A stretch of DNA of 64,000 nt, taken from positions 31,682,001 through 31,746,000 of the forward strand of contig NC_079172.1 of NCBI RefSeq assembly GCF_947568905.1, read 5' to 3'. Position 1 is the stretch's first letter; each line of letters starts with the position of its first letter. Under the pieces are notes generated by a model. That model saw nothing but the letters and a program-made list of their open reading frames with translations. It was not told where the DNA came from and ran no database searches. Source of the DNA: Ostrea edulis (Eukaryota). Positions 26,040 through 37,158 of this stretch are shown here, piece by piece. The translations under genes were made by a program, and so were the position numbers.

Positions 26040-26099
26040 TAGCTGTAGTGTTTGCGTAATGGTGGTATCCCAAACAGAAGCTGACACGAAGTCTACCCC

Positions 26100-26139
<40 letters not shown>

Positions 26140-26479
26140 GGGTTTCTGTGGACGTAGTGTTTGTGTAAAGATGGCATCCCAAACAGAAACTGACACGAAG
26201 TCTACACCCCCTCCTCTCTCTCTCTTTAGGGTTTCTGTGGACGTAGTGTTTGTGTAACGATGGTATCCCAAACAGAAGCTGACACATAGCTAGTCTCCCC
26301 CCTTTCTCTCTCTCCCTTACTCTCAATCATTGACTAAATGAGTAATTATTGTCATACGTATGCAACACTATTGCCATGCCATATTATTTCATCTATATTA
26401 TTGCTACAGTTTTACACATTTCTCTCTCTCTCTCTTTCTTTATAAATATAAAACTGTGATAAATTATAAATAGCTCAAT

Positions 26480-26537
<58 letters not shown>

Positions 26538-26648
26538 TCTTTATAAATAGAAAACCGGGATAAATTATAAATAGAAATATCTCAATAACTCTCTTTCTCT
26601 CTCTATAAATATAAAGCTGTGATAAATTATGAATAGAAATATCTCAGT

Positions 26649-26727
<79 letters not shown>

Positions 26728-26770
26728 AAGCCGTGATAAATTATAAATAAAAATATCTCAATAACTTATT
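26040..26770. repeat. Compound repeat: three ~85-115-bp units (GTAGTGTTTG..ATCCCAAACAGAAGCTGACAC) and four units (AAAACTGTGATAAATTATAAATAG..CTCAATAA) interleaved with (CT)n tracts
   Basis: Direct reading. Confidence 0.85.
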
Positions 26771-27757
26771 TATGCTTTTTTACTATTGTTTGATTTCTGA
26801 TTGTGTAATTTATAATAATCCATGTGGTATCTCAAACAGAAGCATTTTTTTAACTACTGTAACAGTTTTACGCATGGGCAATATAACCATTATACATGTT
26901 GATGTGCTGCGCCAATAAAGAATTGTTCATGTTTTTATAAATATAAAGCCACAATAAATCATTAATAGAAAATATTCCAATAACTTATGTTTGTTTGGTT
27001 GTTGTTTTTTTTATATTATTGTTTGATTTCTGATTGTTTAATCTATAATACATGTATAAAGATGGAGAGAGAAAATACGATGATAAATTGCATTGTATAG
27101 GGGACGTTAGAAATTAAATATTCTAGGTGCGAGTCAATGCTATCAAAACTCAGGTATACTGGGGCTTTCGAGATCTGAAGACTGCCGGTCATCATTAGCC
27201 ATGATTGTTATCAAAACATCTTTCTGAGGTAGCTGTAGACCATGGTCTTTGCAAACGTCAATCAACCTAAGCTCTATTGTTAAAAGTTTGATTGACCAGC
27301 GGCTTATCATTGATCGCAACACAGGTAAAATTTGGGGGCGTTAACTTAAAGTTGGGTCTTTAAAGAGAGCAATAATTGAATTGATGATATCTTCAAATAA
27401 TTGAAGATATTTTCAATTATTTGAGTTTATGTTAATTTGGCGCTCCATAGAACAGCAGCATTGAAAAAATACCAAATATTGTGCGATGAAATTCCTAAAT
27501 ACATATCTAAATACATTATGTCCATCATCTTTCAAAACTTACTTTTAATTAGGTGTACTTGATATAAATCTGTTATTTTTATATCAATATCTACAAATAG
27601 TGGAAGTGCACATGTCACAAAATTCTGTGGAATGATGAATAGTACGTTCTGCTAAATTTTCAAATGGAGTATCAAGAATTTCAACAATTCCGTTCTGAAA
27701 TAGAACATCCTCCAATGATCTAGAAATAACAATTTATTACGTTGGGGAGGGGGTCAT

Positions 27758-28163
27758 CAGTGGCGGATTTAAGGTAAATCGTGGTATCTTGTTTAGAAAA
27801 ATGTAAACAATAAAACACGCAATAATTCATTCCTCTCTTAGAGCAATAAATGACAAAATCTTTTGATTTTTGAATTACTTTTATTGGGGGAACTTACATT
27901 TTTTCTAAAAACCCTTAAAATTGGCATCATATTGTTGATTTCCCTCCATCAAAAATGACAGAGAATAGTAAAAATTACTACATAGAAGACATATTTGAAG
28001 CCCAATAAAATCTGTAAAATCCAGGAGCTTCCGGGGCTTCGCCCCCTGGGTCTCCACCAGGGCTTAGCCCTGGACCCACTGGAGGTTTCAAGGCGCCCTC
28101 CCCCCCCCCCCCCCTTGCATCATAAAATTGCGCCCCTAACCGCAATTCCTGGATCCACCCCTG
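27758..28163. mobile_element. Small non-autonomous TIR element (CAGTGGCGGAT...ATCCACCCCTG) flanked by GTCAT on both sides
   Basis: Imperfect TIRs, a 5-bp direct repeat at 27753-27757 and 28164-28168, and internal homology to 57670-58029. Confidence 0.75.
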
Positions 28164-28596
28164 GTCATGCTAATAAAGTGATTGTAAAACGTGGTACTTT
28201 GCATAAAACTCCTTTGGTGTTTATACATAGAATTAATACGGCATTACTGAAAAAATCCACATTTGATAAATACTATTTTTTCTCTCATTGTATGATTGAA
28301 AAATATTTATGATTTTTACAAAATTCATAACAAAGACACGTGTCTGCGCAAACCACATGGGTCCTCAAACAGGGCCCATTTCATTTCAAACATCAAACAC
28401 TGGTCTATCGTGAATTCATTGACACACGCCAAATATTCGTACGAATTAATGTACATCAGATTTGGCACGGTGTGAAAGGGATAGTTTCGCACTATAGACC
28501 CGGTCAACTTTCTCAAAAAATAAAAATATCTCATATTTAAAGTAATATTACCCGTGTAAAAATTTATCAAATGATTTTGGGAAACGTGTCAAGTAT

Positions 28597-31500
28597 ACCT
28601 AAGTGGCACAAGTCCTAGTTTAGGCGCTAGGCGCCGTACCTAGACCCCTATCGCATATAGTCAAATAGTAAAACTAGGGTATATTTGGCGCCCCGTGCCC
28701 CAAATCGGTGCCTATACTTACCCTTTTGGGGTCAGAATCTATTAGAGGGATCAATACCCTAAAATGCCCTGTGGTCACCTGAGTGGCACAAGTCCTAGTT
28801 TAGGCGCTAGGCGCCGTATTTAGACCCCTATCGCATATAGTTAGATAGGGTATATTTAGCGCCCCCGTGCCCCAAATCGGTGCCTATACTTACCCTTTTG
28901 GGGTCAGAATCTATTAGAGGGATCAATACCCTAAAATGCCCTGTGGTCACCTGAGTGGCACAAGTCCTAGTTTAGGCGCTAGGCGCCGTATTTACACCCC
29001 TATCGCATATAGTTAGATAGGGTATATTTGACGCCCCCGTGCCCCAAATCGGTGCCTATACTTACCCTTTTGGGGTCAGAATCTATTAGAGGGATCAATA
29101 CCCTAAAATGCCCTGTGGTCACCTGAGTGGCACAAGTCCTAGTTTAGGCGCTAGGCGCCGTATTTAGACCCCTATCGCATATAGTTAGATAGGGTATATT
29201 TGGCGCCCCCGTGCCCCAAATCGGTGCCTATACTTACCCTTTTGGGGTCAGAATCTATTAGAGGGATCAATACCCTAAAATGCCCTGTGGTCACCTGAGT
29301 GGCACAAGTCCTAGTTTAGGCGCTAGGCGCCGTATTTACACCCCTATCGCATATAGTTAGATAGGGTATATTTGACGCCCCCGTGCCCCAAATCGGTGCC
29401 TATACTTACCCTTTTGGGGTCAGAATCTATTAGAGGGATCAATACCCTAAAATGCCCTGTGGTCACCTGAGTGGCACAAGTCCTAGTTTAGGCGCTAGGC
29501 GCCGTATTTAGACCCCTATCGCATATAGTTAGATAGGGTATATTTGGCGCCCCCGTGCCCCAAATCGGTGCCTATACTTACCCTTTTGGGGTCAGAATCT
29601 ATTAGAGGGGTCAATACCCTAAAATGTCCTGTGGTCACCTGAGTGGCACAAGTCCTAGTTTAGGCGCTAGGCGCCGTACCTAGACCCCTATCGCATATAG
29701 TCAAATAGTAAAACTAGGGTATATTTGGCGCCCCGTGCCCCAAATTGGTGCCTATACTTACCCTTTTGGGGTCAGAATCTATTAGAGGGATCAATACCCT
29801 AAAATGCCCTGTGGTCACCTGAGTGGCACAAGTCCTAGTTTAGGCGCTAGGCGCCGTATTTACACCCCTATCGCATATAGTCAAATAGTAAAACTAGGGT
29901 ATATTTGGCGCCCCCATGCCCCAAATCAGTGCCTATACTTACCCTTTTGGGGTCAGAATCTATTAGGAGTGTCAATGCCCTAAAATGCCCTGTGGTCACC
30001 TGAGTGGCACAAGTCCTAGTTTAGGCGCTAGGCGCCGTACCTAGACCCCTATCGCATATAGTCAAATAGTAAAACTAGGGTATATTTGGCGCCCCGTGCC
30101 CCAAATCGGTGCCTATACTTACCCTTTTGGGGTCAGAATCTATTAGAGGGATCAATACCCTAAAATGCCCTGTGGTCACCTGAGTGGCACAAGTCCTAGT
30201 TTAGGCGCTAGGCGCCGTATTTAGACCCCTATCGCATATAGTTAGATAGGGTATATTTGGCGCCCCCGTGCCCCAAATCGGTGCCTATACTTACCCTTTT
30301 GGGGTCAGAATCTATTAGAGGGGTCAATACCCTAAAATGTCCTGTGGTCACCTGAGTGGCACAAGTCCTAGTTTAGGCGCTAGGCGCCGTACCTAGACCC
30401 CTATCGCATATAGTCAAATAGTAAAACTAGGGTATATTTGGCGCCCCCATGCCCCAAATCAGTGCCTATACTTACCCTTTTGGGGTCAGAATCTATTAGG
30501 AGTGTCAATGCCCTAAAATGCCCTGTGGTCACCTGAGTGGCACAAGTCCTAGTTTAGGCGCTAGGCGCCGTACCTAGACCCCTATCGCATATAGTCAAAT
30601 AGTAAAACTAGGGTATATTTGGCGCCCCGTGCCCCAAATCGGTGCCTATACTTACCCTTTTGGGGTCAGAATCTATTAGAGGGATCAATACCCTAAAATG
30701 CCCTGTGGTCACCTGAGTGGCACAAGTCCTAGTTTAGGCGCTAGGCGCCGTATTTAGACCCCTATCGCATATAGTTAGATAGGGTATATTTGACGCCCCC
30801 GTGCCCCAAATCGGTGCCTATACTTACCCTTTTGGGGTCAGAATCTATTAGAGGGATCAATACCCTAAAATGCCCTGTGGTCACCTGAGTGGCACAAGTC
30901 CTAGTTTAGGCGCTAGGCGCCGTATTTAGACCCCTATCGCATATAGTTAGATAGGGTATATTTGGCGCCCCCGTGCCCCAAATCGGTGCCTATACTTACC
31001 CTTTTGGGGTCAGAATCTATTAGAGGGGTCAATACCCTAAAATGTCCTGTGGTCACCTGAGTGGCACAAGTCCTAGTTTAGGCGCTAGGCGCCGTACCTA
31101 GACCCCTATCGCATATAGTCAAATAGTAAAACTAGGGTATATTTGGCGCCCCGTGCCCCAAATCGGTGCCTATACTTACCCTTTTGGGGTCAGAATCTAT
31201 TAGAGGGATCAATACCCTAAAATGCCCTGTGGTCACCTGAGTGGCACAAGTCCTAGTTTAGGCGCTAGGCGCCGTATTTACACCCCTATCGCATATAGTC
31301 AAATAGTAAAACTAGGGTATATTTGGCGCCCCCATGCCCCAAATCAGTGCCTATACTTACCCTTTTGGGGTCAGAATCTATTAGGAGTGTCAATGCCCTA
31401 AAATGCCCTGTGGTCACCTGAGTGGCACAAGTCCTAGTTTAGGCGCTAGGCGCCGTACCTAGACCCCTATCGCATATAGTCAAATAGTAAAACTAGGGTA

Positions 31501-32462
31501 TATTTGGCGCCCCGTGCCCCAAATCGGTGCCTATACTTACCCTTTTGGGGTCAGAATCTATTAGAGGGATCAATACCCTAAAATGCCCTGTGGTCACCTG
31601 AGTGGCACAAGTCCTAGTTTAGGCGCTAGGCGCCGTATTTAGACCCCTATCGCATATAGTTAGATAGGGTATATTTGGCGCCCCCGTGCCCCAAATCGGT
31701 GCCTATACTTACCCTTTTGGGGTCAGAATCTATTAGAGGGGTCAATACCCTAAAATGTCCTGTGGTCACCTGAGTGGCACAAGTCCTAGTTTAGGCGCTA
31801 GGCGCCGTACCTAGACCCCTATCGCATATAGTCAAATAGTAAAACTAGGGTATATTTGGCGCCCCCGTGCCCCAAATCGGTGCCTATACTTACCCTTTTG
31901 GGGTCAGAATCTATTAGAGGGATCAATACCCTAAAATGCCCTGTGGTCACCTGAGTGGCACAAGTCCTAGTTTAGGCGCTAGGCGCCGTATTTACACCCC
32001 TATCGCATATAGTCAAATAGTAAAACTAGGGTATATTTGGCGCCCCCGTGCCCCAAATCGGTGCCTATACTTACCCTTTTGGGGCCAGAATCTATTAGGA
32101 GTGTCAATGCCCTAAAATGCCCTGTGGTCACCTGAGTGGCACAAGTCCTAGTTTAGGCGCTAGGCGCCGTACCTAGACCCCTATCGCATATAGTCAAATA
32201 GTAAAACTAGGGTATATTTGGCGCCCCCGTGCCCCAAATCGGTGCCTATACTTACCCTTTTGGGGTCAGATTCCATTAGGGGGTCAATGCCCTAAAATGC
32301 CCTGTGGTCATCTAAGTGGCACAAGTCCTAGTTTAGGCGCTAGGCGCCGTATATTGACAGTACTTTTTTGTCGGGTTCGTTATACGTACGTTTTCTAAGC
32401 GATAAATATTAGGAAAAATCCTTATTGGTCGCTAGCTTATTGTTCGCTAGCTTGACTTAGGC
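28597..32462 (-). repeat. Right TIR: about 21 tandem 172/180-bp monomers (inverted relative to the left array) plus the 114-bp unique end
   Basis: Reverse complement of the left array; the terminal monomer shares diagnostic variants (CACTTAG, TAATGGAATC) with the left terminal monomer. Confidence 0.95.
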
Positions 32463-32471
32463 TAGTTGTTA
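32463..32471. other. Right 9-bp target-site duplication TAGTTGTTA
   Basis: Identical to 8948-8956. Confidence 0.9.
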
Positions 32472-33210
32472 TTGTAATCCGGAAGTGACACGCCTTACAA
32501 ATTACGTTCCATGCGCGTTAAAAGTCAGAGTGGATCCGTAACTCGAAAGTCCCGTTTTAGACAGCCATTATGACGATATGTTATTCTTCCTTAATTCAAA
32601 CTCTTAAGGTCTTTCTTTCAATTCCAATTAATTGCATTCTTAATTTCGACCAATCATCTAACATTTAGATATGTTGGGTAACACACCCAATGGGGGGGGG
32701 GGGGGGGGGGGGGGGTGTAGTTAATGCTGTCATTCCTATAGAGGATATTACCTGGTAAATCCCAATTTTTAAACAGAATAGTTGCCCCTTGCTTCGGTTT
32801 AAATTGGCTCATTACACCAAAACTTTATTCAAAAGAATGTAGTTTTCTGAACAAAATCTTGGGTATAATCACTTTTCTATAATTCTGATCGGGTTTGGTT
32901 CAAATTCAAAAAATCAAAGTACATGTATTCCTGAAGTTTGACCATTTCATTTCAATTTCTTTTTAAAATATAATTATCTGATACGTCTTTTTTCTAATTT
33001 GTTTCTTGAAGATTTTAGTCACAGAAATTAAATATATATATATATTTATTCACAAATAACATTTCTAATTTTCATAAATATTATTATGTAAAAATTAGAA
33101 CGTCTATCTGAGTTGTAGACATTTATTTGACCAGGTATTCATGTCATGCATTAAATCACAATTACTGTGCAGACATGGTCCATAAGCAGTGGCGGATCCA
33201 TCGCTACGTC

Positions 33211-33445
33211 AGTAGTAAGGGGGACAGTACACAGTCAGTATACAGTCAAGATGACGTCATGGGTTTTTCCCCACATAGGTCATTGAGGTCAGGGGTGAGT
33301 ACACAGTCAAGGGGGAGTATACAGTCAAGGGGGAGTATACAGTCAAAGGGGAGTATACAGTCAAGGGGGAGTATACAGTCAAAGGGGAGTCTACAGTCAG
33401 AGGGTGAGTCCACAGTCCAAGGGTGAGTCCACAGTCAAGGGTAGG
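33211..33445 (+). repeat. Maverick left TIR containing 18-bp iterons (GAGTATACAGTCAAGGGG) and a TGACGTCA site
   Basis: Inverted match to 53585-53819. Confidence 0.95.
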
Positions 33446-33942
33446 TGAGGAGGTGATTAGCAACACTTAAAGGATTAATTCACATAGCAACAGTCGAAGG
33501 ATGATACCATAAATATCTATTGTCAGGGTCACCTTAGTTCATATAGCAACAGTTGAAGGATGATACCATAAATATCTACTATCAGGGTCACCTTAATTCA
33601 CATAGCAACAGTCAAGGGAGGGATCTAAAAATATCCTTTTTTGTCTGCTATAAAAAGGCCAAGTTTTAAGATTCTATGCACAACCATTACTTGCAATCAA
33701 AAGATCCAATTCAATTGAGTAAGTAATATTTTATTATCATATTTACCACAAATTATGAACACATTTATGGATATTTTGAAGACATAAAAAGTAAAATTCC
33801 ATCTACTTGTACAATAAAAGCTGCCCTCTATAACGTTACTTTTTTTTCTTATTAAATTATGAACTGATTAACAATAAGAAATTGTCAATCAGTATATAAA
33901 ATATCAAACAAATCTCAATGGATATTTACAGTTTTACACAAT

Positions 33943-35514
33943 TCATAGTATGGTATTGACGTTATTGTTAATGTCAATATCACAAGTTGTGAATTTCACT
34001 CTCTTTTTCTTTGGTGTCACGGGAGCCAACTGGTCCTCCAAATAATTAACAATAATGTTCATTTGTTCCAAGTCCTTTGAAACGCGGTCGCTCAAATCTC
34101 GGAGTAATTTAAATTGTTCTGCTAACGGCTCCCTCAACCTCTTTTCCAACAAATTATATTTCTCAGGATTTTTTCGTCTACAATAAACAGGATAAAAATG
34201 ACATGTTGCAATAAAAAAAAAAATCAATTCAAGATATTTTATATTAGTTCCTTTTCCCCAGATTAGAGATGATGTTAATATGCATAATATTTAAATTTTA
34301 TGATATTTAAATTTTTTTTTAAATTTTCTCTAATTCAAACATTATAATAATAAACAAAGTATAAATAAAATGTTTATGTTTACCGGAAAGTAGTAAGGAT
34401 GGAATTCTCACAGTTTTCGAAACTGTCCAAAGGTTCCTCGTCAATCACGGTTGCTAACCGCCAGTTTGAATCCATGGCCGGCGAGTACATGTAACTGGCT
34501 GAGGTGCCGCAGTTGTGCTGGCTCTCAGGTCTAAAGAGATATGGAGAGGATTACTTTCCTTTGTACTTCGATAATTTAGTTTGAACATAAATTTAATTTT
34601 ACTTCATAAAAAGCAGTTAGTCTTTGGCACCAAATAAAACATTGATGTACATCATTCCAATTCTACGTATATAAAATGTTAAGAAGAAACGAGAAACTTG
34701 GAGATTTAATACTTTGAAGAGATAGAGGGAGAAAATACTCGTTATCTGTTTAAAATTTACTAAATATAATAAAAATTGTTAAAAGGAGGGAGAAAATACT
34801 CGTTATCTGTTTAAAATTTACTAAATATAATAAAAATTGTTAAAAGGTGTAACATTACACTAAAATGATTGGAAAATTTATGGTTCTAAAATCATTTCAA
34901 GTCTAAAATTAATGTTTATATATACCTTTTAAGTAGAATTGTCTCGGTTTGACTTGTACTTTCGGGGGTAGGAGTGGAAGGCCTTTAAAAGAATATATAA
35001 CACACTTTCTGATTCCAATTAAAACATTAATATTTATAATGTATATTATCTATATAACGTGAAACAAAGCACTACATGAAAGTAGGCATATCAAGCCAAA
35101 GAAAGATAACTCTTATAAAAGCTGTTAAACTCACCGCTTTGGCAGGCCTTCCATTTCCAACTCTTCACTCATCTTCAACCACATTTGTTCGAACTCCTCG
35201 AATGAATTTGCTGAATTTGTGGAGTCGCTGTCAGGAGAAAAAATAAATACTGTAAATCAGACCCATACTGAATTCAAAAAAATTCCATTTCTAGTTCTTC
35301 ACCCATCAAGCTTAGAAAAAAACCCTCAAACTATGTAATATATACTGAAAGATACATGTGAAATTCAAATAATTAATATATAGAGCACTAAATATTCACA
35401 ACTAAGTACTGAAATTTTACGCTCCAACCCGGGGTCGAACCAGCGACCTGGCACCCTCCGCCTAGCAAGACTGTCAACTCAGCACATTAGCCCATTCGGC
35501 CAAGATATGACCTC

Positions 35515-35561
<47 letters not shown>

Positions 35562-35622
35562 GTAAAAAAATATTTTTTAAAAATTGTTCTACTTACAGAA
35601 TGTCAAGAAACTTTTCTGCCAT
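33943..35622 (-). CDS. Spliced Maverick accessory gene, 166 aa, with a C-terminal coiled-coil-like region and KKKRVKF (RVxF) motif. Exons 35597-35622, 35135-35227, 34384-34530, 33943-34177
   Basis: TATATAAA upstream, ATCATGG start, GT-AG junctions with matching phase 2-2-2, and 501 nt open to the stop: MAEKFLDILDSTNSANSFEEFEQMWLK...RRKNPEKYNLLEKRLREP...PKKKRVKFTTCD... Confidence 0.75.
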
Positions 35623-37158
35623 GATCAGATTTTTTGTCAATGATAATTTCTGTTTGCAAACTCCATTTATATATAATTTCGGGTGGACGTTATGGATGAT
35701 GATTAGGTCTTTGGAGTTTCTTAACTCTAATTTCGTAACACTATAATTGGTTGGTTGAGTAATGACCGAGAAGTGCCCCTATTGATCGTATTTATCATCT
35801 GCACCCCTTTTAGTCACGTTTGAAAAATACCGCCCGGTTGTCCAATACCTGCGCAAACATTGCAGCAGGAAGTGTCCCACTTATTTACGTGGCCTCAATA
35901 ATTAACTCGGTTAATGATCTCAGCTTACTGATTAATTTTACACAAAATATATATGTATTATGAATGTAGTTATGGAACAACATCAATCATTGTATTTCCG
36001 CTGTATATTATATAATCATTAATTCCTACACGAATTACTAACAATTAGTTTACTAACTTTAGGGGGGGGGGGGGGAACCGAACAATTTCATGGAGACAGG
36101 ATCAGAATCATGCTCATTTCTATATATGGTTGGGGAAACTGGAGACTCTTGTCTGTCATTATATCATTGTATCAGCTTGAAATGTACATGAGGGCTATTC
36201 TCAGCCAGCGCCAGTACTGAGTAGGGAAAATAAACAATCAAAATAATTTGATTATAAAATACATTTATTATATATGATATTTAAAGGGTCACCAACATGC
36301 GTAAAAATGGTGGTGTGACTGAATGTGTGAGATTTGTGACACACACTTGTCTCATACAAAAATGTCCTAATGATTTGTTATATAATTTCGGAACCGTCTT
36401 TCAAACCAGGGGGGCAGCTCCGGAATTTGAAGCTACGGTTAGAGTGGGCGCCGTCCGGGTTTTATGCAAGGGGTATGATCAGCCCTGGTTGGGGCCCAGG
36501 GGACGATTTTTAAAAAATAATTTTTAAACGTTTGTAAATATAAGACCTGCAAAATCACAGCAAAACTCCTGTCATGTAGAAATATATCTTTTTTACTTTT
36601 TTTCTTACGAATGGTTGTAAATTAATCAGATTATTAAAAAAAAATCATGTTCAATAGGACGATTTACTGATGAAGTTGAAAAAGATAACCATGCCCGCTT
36701 GTATTGTACTCGTATAATAAACATCAAAGAGTCATTTTAAACGCTACTTTGTAAAACCAATTACTTAAAGTCGAGTGACTGACACATTTGAATAAAAAAA
36801 AGAATAATTAGAATAATCAGAGTTTCCATATTTGCAATAACAGTGGCGGATCCAGAGATTTTTTATTCCAATGAATGATATTGTATTTTTTGTTCAACAT
36901 GTAGGGAGAGGGTGAATTAAGTTTTTATAAACTGTGCCCAATCCCGTTGTAATATTTGATATAAAATAAATTAATGAATTATAAGATAAATCTAATAACT
37001 CATTTAGTAAATGAGACAAAGAAAAGATTAATGGGATGTCGAAAAAAATATGGTATGAATTGATGAAAAGTGTAAAGGTTGCGTTGCTGATGGAAATACC
37101 CGCGAATCCTCCGTCACATGATCAATTTAGCTCATGCGACTTTTTTATCAAATGGAAA

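Larger units (their letters stand above)
8957..32462 (-). mobile_element. Giant (23,506-bp) Foldback/MULE (FB-NOF-like) DNA transposon
   Basis: The outer ~114 bp (..AAGTCAAGCTAGCGAACAATAAGCTAGCGACCAATAAGG..AAAAGTACT) are an inverted match at both ends, differing only at 3 of the first 4 nt and one internal base. Satellite arrays in inverted orientation follow, there is a 9-bp TSD, and the internal ORF has MULE/NOF transposase motifs. Confidence 0.9.

Noticed and set aside
33127-33466. ORFs over the Maverick TIR iterons (also 52129-52435 and 53586-53784)
   Set aside because: Open frames arise because the 18-bp unit is a multiple of 3 and lacks stops; there is no other coding evidence.
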